A stretch of 57,210 bases of DNA from Octopus bimaculoides (GCF_001194135.2 NC_068981.1:143905379-143962588); one strand, 5' to 3'. Shown: positions 1 to 13,009, counted from the stretch's first letter. Translations and numbers: made by a program. The notes: a model not told the origin generated them from the letters alone.

Positions 1-104
1 AGGCTTCCAAAGAATAAGTCTTGGGGTCGATTTGCTCGACTAAAAAGGCGGTGCTCCAGCATGGCCGCAGTCAAATGACTGAAACAAGTAAAAGAGTAAA
101 AGAG
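1..104 (+). mobile_element. SINE family A, 3' tail fragment
   Basis: GGGGTCGATTTGCTCGACT...GGTGCTCCAGCATGGCCGCAGTCAAATGACTGAAACAAGTAAAAGAG. Its reverse complement recurs at 35711-35800 and 56766-56838. Confidence 0.85.
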
Positions 105-116
105 TATGTGTGTATG

Positions 117-310
117 TGTTATTTCTTTACTACCCACAAGGGGCTACACACAGAGAGGACAAACAAGCACAGACAAAGGAAGAAAGTCGATTATATCGTC
201 CCCACTGGAACTTATTTAATCGACCCCGAAAGGATGAAAGGCAAAGTCGACCTCGGCGAAATTTGAACACAGAACGTAGCGGCAGACGAAATACCGTTAA
301 GCATTTCTGT
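117..310 (-). mobile_element. SINE family B (tail type 1), 5'-clipped
   Basis: Colinear with the copy at 5095-5324. The minus strand has a B-box-like GTTCAAATTTCG. Confidence 0.85.
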
Positions 311-351
311 TTTTGTGTATATATGCAAATATATATGCACGTGTATGTATA

Positions 352-354
<3 letters not shown>

Positions 355-408
<54 letters not shown>

Positions 409-476
409 GCGTGTACATGCATGTGCATGTTTATGTATTATGCGTATGTATGTATATATATATACGTGTGTGTGTG

Positions 477-533
<57 letters not shown>

Positions 534-720
534 GTTTTGTGTGAATATGTGCTCCTTTATTATTTTATTTTACTTGTTTGTCTTCCCTTACACTTACACC
601 CTTGTATGTGCTTATGTGAGTGTATGCACGTGTGTGTATATGTATGTGTATGTGTGTATGTATATATGTTTGACTGTATATCCTTATGTGTTGAGTGTAT
701 ACGTTTTTTCTATCACTTAT
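355..720. repeat. Compound (TG)n/(TA)n microsatellite block
   Basis: Direct inspection; it produces the VCVC/YIYI pseudo-ORFs. Confidence 0.95.
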
Positions 721-1592
721 AAATTTATATTTTTCTCCTTCATATATTCGTTTTTGTTCCTATTCTTTTTTAATTGTCTCCCCTGCCCGGGCTAAGTTTT
801 GAGTAAGGTAACTGTCTTGAATACACAAACCGGTCCTCTCTGTGATCGTTGCTTCTTCTATGTTAAGTTCTTTTTGATTTTTCTCTGCTTGTATGTACAT
901 TTTTACTTAAATATTGTATCTTTTGCAAACATAGCCTTGCCTATCAGCTTTAAGTCTCTGGTAATGTATATTTTTTTTCAATATTGATATGCATACGTAT
1001 AACTCTCTATGGCTTTTTTCGGCTAGGGTACCTGTTGCCTTATAATCTACTATACACACTTTGTAGGTAACTTTCTAGGTGCAATTCCAGGAAGGTAGTG
1101 TATAGTATCTTACAAGTGTTCTCTTCGCCATTTGTGTGTGTGCATATTTGTGTACGTGTGTATGTGTTTGTGTTTGCAGACGTGTGAGTATGTGTACCAA
1201 ATGTAATCAGTCACGTGACCTTTGAAATACAGAAAAACATTGCTAATAATGAGAGATAATGTATATTATAAATAAATATCAGATACAATTAAAATACGTG
1301 ATATATATATTTCATTTGCATGTGTATACAATAAATAGCAATAAATAATAAAAAGAATATTCGCTGTTTTAGGAAATAAATCAGATTAATATTATAATCT
1401 CATAGATAGCTTCTACTGATATCCTGACATGTATTACGTTTATAGTAAATATAAAGAAACAAATGCCAAGTTTGTCATGATGATATTTATAAATTGAATA
1501 AAAAGTAATTTATTGATACTCTCGGTGTACGACACATCATTTTCAAATATAAACTGGAGTAAATATTATGAAATTATAAGATTTATTTATTG

Positions 1593-1670
1593 ATACATAC
1601 ATACATACATACATACATACATACATACATACATACATACATACACAAATACATACATACATACATACAT
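1593..1670. repeat. (TACA)n microsatellite
   Basis: Direct inspection. Confidence 0.95.
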
Positions 1671-2584
1671 ATTAGTTTTTATTTTCAAAATTCGTTTTGC
1701 AGTTTGAAATTTTGAAGCCTTAATCAACAGGGACAAGAATAATTTTCATATTATTTTTTCTTTGTGTGTTCAAAATTGAAAGGGACCTTATTTAAACTTT
1801 GAAGATATCAACAAAGTATTTACGCTACAAAATTCGGTTACTGGTGTTACAATAAACATTAGGAAAACTTAAAAATTGTAGTAGACAACGTCAGCAATTA
1901 GTAGGAATTAAAAGTGGTAATTAGTGATTATAAGGTGTTCAAATTTGAAATAAATCGAAATTTTTGTCGCTTTGTTAGGATATAAGGTACTGTCAACAAA
2001 CTTTATAGGGTTTCTCACTCTAATAGTGGGTATGGAGATAAATTTCATCAAATCTGATGAGGAGGATAAGAGAATGAGTGTAATATTTCGAAATTACCCT
2101 TTAAAAAATTTTTGCTAGCAATGAATTAACAGCCCGCTAGAACGAGAAATGGTACACCTGAAGACGTTAAAATGTTCGTCTTCCCAAATAAATTTATCTC
2201 AATTTGTGTCTTAAGAGCAACGTCCAAGTTGAAACTGGTACGAAGCGTTTTTGAACTCAATCGGCAGATTCAAGGGAAAGTTTGTGCAAGCACAAAACAA
2301 ACAATGCGAACAGTGGCTACTTTCGTTCTATTTTCTTTCTTTTTTTTCTTTTTCGTTTATTGGTTTTACTTAATAGAGTCTATGCCATGCTTGGGTAATA
2401 TTTCCATGGGATCTAGTATATCATATCAGCCCCCGTTACTGTCTTATTTATTTCATCAGTCTTATAACATACAAAATGTAAAGTAGATACAAAAGTAAAG
2501 GGAAATAACTTGATCGTAGTAAATATCTCAAAGTATTTCTTTTCCAAAGTGTTGCGTGTGTGAATGCATGTACTTACCTATGCA

Positions 2585-2636
<52 letters not shown>

Positions 2637-2662
2637 TGTGTGAATGCATGTACTTACCAATG

Positions 2663-2701
<39 letters not shown>

Positions 2702-3349
2702 CTGAATTGTATATCTATTATGTATGTATACATGGATAGATGGACGGACGGATGGATAGATGGATACGACTAGAGTTCATGCAATTTCCGTGTTGAAAAT
2801 TTCATTTACAAGATACGCATTAATTCGTTTGGGGCATTTGCCCAACGCGCAACCAAGTAGTAGCCAAACGAACTTCATCAGCAAACAGTCAAGCGTGCGT
2901 CCTTTAAGAGTGAGAATTAAAATAAAGGTGTAGTTCACTGTGACCCCAAATAGGACAGGATAAACTCAAATCTTCAAGTTCAGATCTCTGGATTTTGAAA
3001 ATATCAAATTCTTGAAATGATTGTTATACCTTATACACATAAAAGAACGGAACTACTTCTGAATTTATATATTGTTCTTATGAAAAAATAAGGAAGTAAC
3101 AGCTAACGAAGGAAATTCAATCGCAAAATGATAGTCGGCAAATGTTGAACAAAAAAAATTATGGTCATAAATCTACCTTAAAATTCAAAGTATTTCTGAT
3201 TCAGCTTGACCATAAAATCCAATTATACATGAAAGAAATGAATGACATAAAGAAAGAATCTGTGAACATATTCTATATCACCTGGTTTTGAACTTCGAAG
3301 ATTCCCGACATTTTCCAAAACTTAAGTTTCGCCTAAGAAAATTTATAAT

Positions 3350-3830
3350 GACTATATGATGGGCTTCGAGATCACGAGCGAGCGAGGGAAGCCCGTGTAT
3401 GGTCGCTTGAGCCGTTAAAAATAAAATCAGCCACCGAAGCTACACCTTAATGTCTCGAGAAATTATGATACACTTGACTCTGTAGCTCTATGTACGCTAT
3501 GTCTGAAAAAAAAATCACGTTAGTTATGATTAAAACACCTTTGATCACAAGTTGGCTTGGTCATAGTTGATCTAAAGTTACATTACAGCAGCAGCAGCAA
3601 CAGCAATATCTATTTCCTAGATTTCGAACTTGTGAAGTATCCTTTATGTAGCCGCTCGACCTGCTAGAAATAGTAGACGATTGTCCCTCAAGTCAAACTG
3701 TCATCTTGAAAAATAAATATTAAAATATTATAACCCTAGATACATCATATATTGCAGCCATGACAATGCGTTCTGTCATAGATATAATTTCTCAGAGCTA
3801 ATTTGGGTCTATAAGGCCAATAACTTACAA
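3350..3830 (+). mobile_element. Two tandem decayed copies of SINE-like family C
   Basis: Shared motifs (CTCGACCTGCTAGAAATAG, CTATGTCTGAAAAAA, CCTTTGATCA, CAA/CAG-rich tail) recur at 19400-19650, 29440-29545, 54595-54865 and, reverse-complemented, at 4260-4500 and 9345-9480. Confidence 0.6.
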
Positions 3831-3929
3831 GCTATATGAGCATTATCAATCATGTGGAGAAGTGCTGCCTGGAGGGGAAAGAAACATACTAAAAAACTAT
3901 ATGTTAAAACGATCACTGCTAATCAAAAT

Positions 3930-4250
3930 AAATGGAGGATCCTCATCTAAATGTGTTGGATAATGCTTCAGTAGTTGAAAGAAGCTGGAATCGAGGTTCT
4001 GCATCATGCATTTTATTCCACATACCTTTTCCTGGCAGATTTTCAAATTTCAGACAGACAGAAACTAAAGTTCCAAAGAATTCATTGACCCTAAAAACAT
4101 TGATTTTTACAAGAATCTATAGAATCATTTCACAAAATAAAATGTGTTCTGTGACAAATAGAAATTAGATTGATTAAAGCATGCTTTTTAACTGTTTGCT
4201 TTCCTTTCAAACTTCATTCCTCAAATCCGTCAGTAATTTCTATACAGGTC
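3930..4250 (+). pseudogene. Decayed mariner transposase C-terminus
   Basis: From 3975 reads LKEAGIEVLHHAFYSTYLFLADFQI (cf. mariner LxxLGWEVLPHPPYSPDLAPSDFHLF), then FIDPKNIDFYKN (cf. FxxSKxxxFYxxGI). Contains frameshifts and stops. Confidence 0.6.
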
Positions 4251-4259
4251 TCCGATATG

Positions 4260-4500
4260 GTAAAGTCAATGCGTTTGATGTTTAGCTTGAACTTCTATAG
4301 GTCACAGTCTAGGTGGGGTAGAATATGGTCAGGATTTGAAATGCAATAGAGTTGCGATTTTAGATAGAAAGAGAAAAGTCACTAAGAGAATGTTACTGAT
4401 AAATACTGCCGGATGGTTGTTGAAAGGAGGACAAATGACAATACTCCTTTATCTAACAAGCTGTGCGGGATTCCAGTAGGATTTGTTAGATAATGGTACG
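4260..4500 (-). mobile_element. SINE-like family C, decayed
   Basis: Diverged reverse-complement similarity to the family C tail (GTTTAGC...GGTCA). Confidence 0.4.
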
Positions 4501-5094
4501 CAGTTAGCTAGTTTAGAATAGAAGAAACATATTTCATAATAATGATTGATAAACAGAGGCAGTCAGACTGACAGCCGTATAAACAGGCAGACAAACAGAG
4601 AGAAAAAAACAGCTGTAGAACATAGGAAACGAAAGTATATCTATAGCCGTATCGGTGAGTCAATATAGATAGAATGTACATTATGTCGAACACGTGTTTA
4701 ATCGGAGAACACATACATATAAAATCAAAAACGAATAGTAACAAGTGACATGCATTTAAACTATTGTAGCTAAATTCGGGAATAAATTGAATATATGTCT
4801 GTTTATGAAACAACTTTAAAACATTTTTTCTTGCGTTCTTCATATTTTAGCTCTTATTATAACAAAGTCCTTCCATATATTCTTTCTAAACTATCGTCAA
4901 CTGAACAATCCGGATATTTTACTAATCAGACTATGGCAGGTATCAAGGCGTTGCTTCGTTATTGAATTTTGGTTTAGTAAAATGAGCAGTTTCTTCAAAT
5001 TGAACACAAGAATATTTCCAGTCATTTGCAACATATAGATGTCTAGATATTTGGGTTTTCCTCCTTTTGCATCCTTAAATTTTTACTCGTTCGT

Positions 5095-5324
5095 ATTTCT
5101 TTATTGCCTACAAGGGGCTACACACAGAGGGGACAAACAAGGACGGACAAAGGAAGAAAGTCGATTATATCGACTCCAGTGCGTAACTGGTACTTTATTT
5201 GATCAACGCCGAAAGGATGAAAGGCAAAGTCGACCTCGTCGGAATCTGAACTCAGAACGTAGCGGCAGACGAAATACCGCTAAGCATTTCGCCCAGCGTG
5301 CTAACGATTCTGCCAGCTCACCGC
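5095..5324 (-). mobile_element. SINE family B (tail type 1), near full length
   Basis: Minus strand reads CGGTGAGCTGGCAGAATCGTTAGCACGCTGGGCGAAATGCTTAGCGG...GAGTTCAGATTCC (A/B-box-like), GCCTTTCATCCTTTCGG, then the tail GTAGCCCCTTGTAGGCAATAAAGAAA. Confidence 0.9.
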
Positions 5325-5463
5325 TAAATTTTCACTTTCTGTGAAAACAACAGAAGGCATTTTTCTATTGATCCTCATTGCATTGACGCTGCTACCTTAC
5401 TGTTTTTCTACATCATCAAGGATAGCCAATACTTGGTTATGTCGCTAATTGTACATTGCGAAG

Positions 5464-5815
5464 NNNNNNNNNNNNNNNNNNNNNNNNNNNNNNNNNNNNN
5501 NNNNNNNNNNNNNNNNNNNNNNNNNNNNNNNNNNNNNNNNNNNNNNNNNNNNNNNNNNNNNNNNNNNNNNNNNNNNNNNNNNNNNNNNNNNNNNNNNNNN
5601 NNNNNNNNNNNNNNNNNNNNNNNNNNNNNNNNNNNNNNNNNNNNNNNNNNNNNNNNNNNNNNNNNNNNNNNNNNNNNNNNNNNNNNNNNNNNNAAGAGAG
5701 GGATTAATGTACATATATACACATATGTGCATATATAATGTACATACAAAGATAGATATATATATAAATATATACATATATACAGACAGACAGACAGACA
5801 GATAGATAGAAAGAG

Positions 5816-5872
<57 letters not shown>

Positions 5873-6365
5873 TGTGTGTGTGCGCGTGTGTGTGTGCGCG
5901 TGTGTGTGCGCGCGTGTGTGTGTGGTCTTGATTATTTTGTAGTACAAATTCATAAAACTGCTCAATAGAACATTGTTACACGCGTGTAAAATTTAACACA
6001 TCCAAGTCATAAACCCCTCTTCTCGCATAAATTATCATGCACGTACACATGAATGGTCACACATGTACACATATACACACACTTTATTATATATTATCCA
6101 CGTCTTGGTTGGTTTTATTCTATTTTTGTTTACTTTAATCATGTATTATCCTTCTTTTTGAGTCTCATTTTTTGATGGTTTATTAAGTCGTCATAGATCT
6201 ACCAAGACGTGGTGGAATGCTGCATAAAATGTAACAGAGACAGAAAGAAAGAGGGCTGGGAATAGTAGAGAGAGCTCTTTTGTTGAAATTCATAGGGATA
6301 CCTACATATATGCCAACTTACAGTAATAGACATATATATATGTAAATGTATAGATGTATATATAA

Positions 6366-6412
<47 letters not shown>

Positions 6413-7372
6413 AAAATACATACATATTCTGATTATATGTCTGTGCACACGTTTGAATNNNNNNNNNNNNNNNNNNNNNNNNNNNNNNNNNNNNNNNNNN
6501 NNNNNNNNNNNNNNNNNNNNNNNNNNNNNNNNNNNNNNNNNNNNNNNNNNNNNNNNNNNNNNNNNNNNNNNNNNNNNNNNNNNNNNNNNNNNNNNNNNNN
6601 NNNNNNNNNNNNNNNNNNNNNNNNNNNNNNNNNNNNNNNNNNNNNNNNNNNNNNNNNNNNNNNNNNNNNNNNNNNNNNNNNNNNNNNNNNNNNNNNNNNN
6701 NNNNNNNNNNNNNNNNNNNNNNNNNNNNNNNNNNNNNNNNNNNNNNNNNNNNNNNNNNNNNNNNNNNNNNNNNNNNNNNNNNNNNNNNNNNNNNNNNNNN
6801 NNNNNNNNNNNNNNNNNNNNNNNNNNNNNNNNNNNNNNNNNNNNNNNNNNNNNNNNNNNNNNNNNNNNNNNNNNNNNNNNNNNNNNNNNNNNNNNNNNNN
6901 NNNNNNNNNNNNNNNNNNNNNNNNNNNNNNNNNNNNNNNNNNNNNNNNNNNNNNNNNNNNNNNNNNNNNNNNNNNNNNNNNNNNNNNNNNNNNNNNNNNN
7001 NNNNNNNNNNNNNNNNNNNNNNNNNNNNNNNNNNNNNNNNNNNNNNNNNNNNNNNNNNNNNNNNNNNNNNNNNNNNNNNNNNNNNNNNNNNNNNNNNNNN
7101 NNNNNNNNNNNNNNNNNNNNNNNNNNNNNNNNNNNNNNNNNNNNNNNNNNNNNNNNNNNNNNNNNNNNNNNNNNNNNNNNNNNNNNNNNNNNNNNNNNNN
7201 NNNNNNNNNNNNNNNNNNNNNNNNNNNNNNNNNNNNNNNNNNNNNNNNNNNNNNNNNNNNNNNNNNNNNNNNNNNNNNNNNNNNNNNNNNNNNNNNNNNN
7301 NNNNNNNNNNNNNNNNNNNNNNNNNNNNNNNNNNNNNNNNNNNNNNNNNNNNNNNNNNNNNNNNNNNNNNNN
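5464..7372. other. Two assembly gaps (5464-5693, 6459-7372) with intervening sequence
   Basis: N runs. Other gaps: 12268-12277, 12566-12671, 13443-13783, 14892-15057, 16462-16962, 21197-21666, 22372-22790, 26905-27127, 38057-38129, 40646-41009, 43482-44027, 44777-44786, 48170-48236, 48730-48739. Most are flanked by microsatellites. Confidence 0.98.
5780..5925. repeat. (GACA)n(GATA)n(TG/CG)n microsatellite
   Basis: Direct inspection. Confidence 0.95.
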
Positions 7373-8000
7373 TTTTTTTTTTTTTTTTGTCGTATTTTCC
7401 ATCATTATTATTTTGTTGATTTTAAAGAATGTAAAACTCACTTTTGTTTTGTCCTTTGTTACTCCATTTCTGATATTTAATTCGATTCTTCTCCATTTTT
7501 TTCCCTGGTAAACAATGTAAGATGATTTTGGACGATTTATTTTGTTTTTGGAGTTTTTATTTTTTCATGCAACAATTTTTCAGAAAAGGATCTAACGGAA
7601 AAGAAAAGTTAAACAAAATTAAATGTGTAGAACACACACACACAAAGAAAATAATCTATATTTTACATCTATGTTTACATGGCATTGTTTTCTATTCGCT
7701 TAACACATCAAAGATACCATTGGTTGAAACAAAATCTCAGACACAAAAGACGTTTCTATCAACGACTGGTATGTTTGTTTGGAAAAATAACGATACTTGA
7801 CACAGACGTCAGCGATATAGCTGAGGTAAAACGCCCGAGAGAAACATTCTGCATACTAAATACAAATGCGTTAAAAGTAATACATACGTAAATAGAGTTG
7901 AGAAACTTCTGTAAACTGAAATTTCCCACACAAGTAGTACGTAAAAATACCCTCAAGAGCTGGTCAATATCCGTAAACAGGGAACTTAGTTAATTCCATA

Positions 8001-8065
<65 letters not shown>

Positions 8066-8878
8066 CTGTGAACTTAGACATGTAGTTTTACTATGTTTAT
8101 GTTTAGGTATTGTTCATTGGACTGGATCAATGCAACAGTAACCCTTTCACGTAAAAACATTAAATGCTGCTTCAACCGTTCAAAGATAAATCAATGTACA
8201 ACTCGAAGCAGAGATCAGGGAGACATGTACAAAGTTATAAATAGTCTAATCGCTCCAGCAAATTATTCTGGATGACATCTGCAAGAAATACAGAAACAAG
8301 TATCTAGCTAGGGGCTTCAGTTTCTTACATATCATTTTAGTTTCTGCAAAACAAATCACCTACAGTGTTATTGCGTCGTTGTTTCCTGTACCCAGCTTGT
8401 AGGAACATCAATTGTGTTCTCTCTCTGCCTTCCTCTACATTTCTTTCCCTTCGGTTTTCCAGTTATCGCAAAGTATTCAAAGAAATAAGTCATAATTATT
8501 TTACATCATAACACATCAAATGAAAATAATGGATTGAATATACGTTTATTCTTGTTGACCACCTAATGTATAAAAATGGTGTTTATGCTTGCCTCGAAAA
8601 TTGAATGAAACCAATTTTCTTTATTAGATGTTGCTGTTATAGTTCTTGATGCTGTTTTACTTCGAATCATCTCTGATGAAGCAAAAATATTCCAGACACG
8701 ACCAACTCGTCTCTATTTGTTTTAGAGACAAAGTATATCTAAGACTACATTATTCAATGTATTTTTAGACGACATAATGTGATGCTAGAGATATTTGGTT
8801 ACTATTTCTAGTGTGTCGAAAGTGCACATAAAACTCCACTCGTTTGCTTAGCATATTGTTACTGATGTTGATGTTCTT

Positions 8879-8932
8879 GTTCTTAATTATACCCAAGTTC
8901 TTAATTATACCCAAGTTCTTAATTATACTCAA
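8879..8932. repeat. 18-bp tandem repeat x3 (GTTCTTAATTATACCCAA)
   Basis: Three consecutive units, one mismatch in the third; abuts a SINE head. Confidence 0.95.
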
Positions 8933-9343
8933 GTGGCAAGCTGGCAGAATTGTTACCGCGCCGGACAAAATGCTTAGCGGTATTCCTCCGACATTGCGTT
9001 CTGAGTTCAAATTCCGCCGAAGTCGAACTTGCCTTTCATCCTTTTGAAGGCAATAAAATAAATACCAGTAGAATACTGGGGTCGATTTAATCGACCTATC
9101 CCCTCCCTAAAAGCTGCAGGCCTTGTACCAAAACTTGAAACCATTATTCATACCGAAGCTAAGGAGGAGAGCTGACAGAATATTTAGGACACCGGGTAAA
9201 ATGCTTAACGACATTTCTTCCGGATTGATGGTCTGAGGTCAGATTCCATCGAGGTCGACTATGTCTTTCATTCTTTGGTGTTGATTAACTAAGTACTCCT
9301 CCTCCTAAATTTCGGGCCTTGTGCCTATAGTAGAAAGGATTAT
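8931..9343 (+). mobile_element. Two tandem SINE family B copies (tail type 2): ~8931-9148 and ~9161-9343
   Basis: Both start AAG.GG..AGCTG.CAGAA, have GTTCAAATTCC-like B boxes and end GGCCTTGT.CC...GAAA..ATTATT. Confidence 0.85.
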
Positions 9344-10547
9344 TTACATCCAAGTCAGCTGTGTCTTGATCGTACACAATCTAAATTTTATCATTCCGTC
9401 TTAGTTCAGATTGTGTATCTAGGACCATATAATGCAATGCGATTTAGCTGCCGTTTGTAGAAGTTCGAAAAGATTGCGTCATTGTCCCATTCACTCGATG
9501 TAATCAATGTAATAATGTTTTGTGTCACAAAACCATATTTGCCAAGCCCTCATTGGTGATGCTGTTTACAGCGGTCAACTACATCATGTGGTAAATATAT
9601 TTTGAACTAAGTCGATTTGTTTATTGACATACAAATACCTAGGCCAAGAACAAAGATGAAGGAAGACCGTTGAATAGGAACCAAGTAAGTTTTGGATGAT
9701 TATTCTGGTCATTCAATGATTCTCGCCCCCAAGGCTTTTCAATAAAGTAAACAGTAGTGGAGTAAAAAAAAGAAGAAGACAAGAATGAAAGAAATTATCT
9801 AAATTGACAGATGTCATTAATGTAATTCGAAATCAGGACTAGAGAACTCAGATGTTTGTGTTTTGAACTCTCAAATAGAGAAATATCATTAAATGCTAGC
9901 AAGCAAATAGCACAATGACTGAGGAATCAGATGGTACTGACAAAGAGAGAAGAGGAGACAGAAATATACTGAGAAAGAAGAAAAACAAGCAGCAATGTGT
10001 GTGAGCGTGAAGAGAGAGGGGGGAGAGAAGGGGAGGGAGGGAAAAAGTGAGATTGATATGAAAAGAGAACAAAATTTTTATACATCAGTGTACAGAATTA
10101 ACAAGCTCCACAATCAAATGCCTCAAACAATTAATCAGCTAACGAAAATATCTTAGATTTATGTGTATATGCATGTATGCATATGTATGCATATAAACAC
10201 ACGCGAACCCCCCCCCACACACACACACACACACTTATGTATATGTATACGTATATATATATATAAGACGATTACATTGGTAATTAAATTACTTGGCAGG
10301 TAGGTGTCGGTTACATGCTTTCTGCGTTCATATATGTGTGTGTGTGTGTGTGTGTGTGTTTGTGTGTATGCATGTGTGTGTAAGTGTGTGTTAGAATACT
10401 TTATACATGTGAACATACATTTGAATGAAGCATTCAGTCGTGAACTCCTGATCAAATGTATGCATGTATGTGTATAGTGTTCTCACATATATATGTGTGT
10501 GCATGTGTGTGTGTGTGTGTGCATACATACATACATACATACATATA

Positions 10548-10603
<56 letters not shown>

Positions 10604-10851
10604 TGTATGTATGTATGCATAAATGCATACATATAAGCATACATATGCGTGTGCATAAGAAGTGAAAGAAAGAGAGCATACAAGAACGATTGTCTTCTTA
10701 ATACAAACACCAATCTATAAAGAAAATCAAACTGCTGAAGATAAGATCTTAATAAAATATCTAACAGATGAGAAGATTCTGAAGAAAAAAAAAACAATAG
10801 TAAGATTTTTGTGTTTTATTTGCAAGAACTTTCATATTTCCAGTAGTTTTT

Positions 10852-11064
10852 ATGAATAGATTCTATTATACATTCCAACAAGAATCGGACTCTACTGCCC
10901 ATTTGGACTCTGATCCTGAGAAGCATTCACATGTGAACGATGACATGAATGATGAGCTATTTGGTTCAGTATTCCAAAATATTTCAAAGCTTCTCGGTGG
11001 TCTGAAGAAGAATGTCGAAACAGTTCAACAAATCCTTTTATACAACATCCTTGTTATTCATTAG
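10852..11064 (+). pseudogene. Possible internally deleted Tc1/mariner-type transposase remnant
   Basis: YYTFQQESDSTAH resembles the YxFQQDxAxxH second-Asp motif, and DDMNDELFGSVFQNISKLL resembles the C-terminal helix. The similarity is weak. Confidence 0.25.
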
Positions 11065-11166
11065 ACATTTCTCTTAAAGAATTTATCAGATTTATATGCC
11101 TAATAATTCGATTTATGTTTATTAAGGAACTGGTGATGAAATTGGGTATGTTGGAGTAGGAAGAGA

Positions 11167-11167
<1 letters not shown>

Positions 11168-11245
<78 letters not shown>

Positions 11246-11293
11246 GAAACAACAACAACAACAACAACAACAATAATAATAATAATAATAATA
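11168..11293. repeat. (AAT)n(AAC)n(AAT)n microsatellite
   Basis: Direct inspection. Confidence 0.97.
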
Positions 11294-12496
11294 GTATTCA
11301 TAGAAAATAGAAATGGACGATGGCACAAGAGTAAATATAAACATGACTCGTTTTATTTCAGAGTTCAGTATGAATAATTAATCCAAACAATTCTCAAGAT
11401 TTAGCGGAGTGGCGTCTTTTTAAATAGGGTCTATTTGTTTGCCGCAGATAAAAGAGCGAAGGGCTTGTTAATGGCGCATGCCTAAACTGACAAGTAGGAA
11501 CATTTATTTTATTCTCTTTTATTACATTCTTATAATTGTCTTTTTTCTTTCTTTTTTTTTTTTTTCTTGATGTTGTAGTGGTAGTGATGCGGGTGGCGGT
11601 AAGAGGATTGGTTTCTTTAGAATTTATCATCTTCGAGGACGGATCACTATTGTTCCATTCCTTTGTATGTTTGACTAAGAAATCATGGAGATTGTTGTGG
11701 AATATTTTGTTGGGGAAATCAACACAAACTGTGATATCAACGTATTATTGTCCATAAAATATCACATATCAGAGATTACTACAAATAGTCACTATTGTTT
11801 GCATTCACAGATAAATTATACATGTATATATATGCGTATGTATGTGTGCATCTATTTGCGTATATATGTATATATGAATATGTGTATGTGCGAGTATGTG
11901 TGTTTGGATTGTTACGTTTTGTATATTAATGATGTGGACTGTCGATAAAGTATGTTTCACTGAGTTATTCAAAGAACCCTGATGTATATATGCGTATATG
12001 TGTATGTTTGTATTGATTTATTGATCAATTGATTGGAATTGATATGATATTCAAGCCGAACATAAGAGCATATATGCATATATATATATATGCGTGTACG
12101 CGCATGAGAGTACATGTGTGCGTATGTACTAATGTGTGCGTGTGCAAGTGTGTGTAGTGAATAATTTTATCTATAGATATCTGAACACTTTTTGTATGCT
12201 TAACACACGTATTACAAAACTGCTCAATTTTCAATTCATATACGACTGTTTATTCATGTCTATAAATNNNNNNNNNNAACTGCTCAATTTTCAATTCATA
12301 TACGACTGTTTATTCATGTCTATAAATGTATACGTATTTGGTAACTACAAATTGTATTTATGCATTCATATCAAAACAAAGAATGAATACATGAATAAAA
12401 ATAAGCAAATACACTGAATCTAAGAGACACTTTGAAGTTTTTCTATACTCTGATAAAAAATTTCCACATATAAGCATATATGTATCTACACAAACA

Positions 12497-12565
<69 letters not shown>

Positions 12566-12875
12566 NNNNNNNNNNNNNNNNNNNNNNNNNNNNNNNNNNN
12601 NNNNNNNNNNNNNNNNNNNNNNNNNNNNNNNNNNNNNNNNNNNNNNNNNNNNNNNNNNNNNNNNNNNNNNNATATAGATATACATGCATACATACATATA
12701 CATATATATACTATATATATATAAGCATAACATGCATATATTTATAAATATGTGTACACCTATATAGATATACATGCATACATACATATACATATATATA
12801 CTATATATATATAAATAATATATATATGTCTGTATGTGTATATATAATATATATATATGTATACACATATATATG

Positions 12876-12911
<36 letters not shown>

Positions 12912-12973
12912 ATCTACATACATATATATACATGTTTATATGCGCGTGCATATATATATATATATATATATAA

Positions 12974-13009
<36 letters not shown>

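Noticed and set aside
21-266. SINE-derived ORFs (also 5039-5344, 35417-35764, 56525-57008)
   Set aside because: Chance frames across SINE copies.
110-795. ORFs rich in VC/YI/TH repeats, here and throughout the window
   Set aside because: Translations of (TG)n, (TA)n and (CA)n microsatellites.
805-840. AAACCGGTC motif resembling the 3' half of a hammerhead
   Set aside because: No GAAA, no recognisable core and no stem I partner.
2054-2093. Perfect CTGATGA...GAAA pair
   Set aside because: Stem II is weak, and no stem III, UH site or stem I can be formed.
5408-7511. Long ORFs of 180-380 aa
   Set aside because: Open only because they span N gaps; the same applies at 13k, 16k, 21-23k, 27k, 40k and 43k.
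8093-8275. 60-aa ORF with a faint L2/CR1-like SRDQGDMYKVINSL
   Set aside because: Too short and weak to support either an exon or a LINE call.
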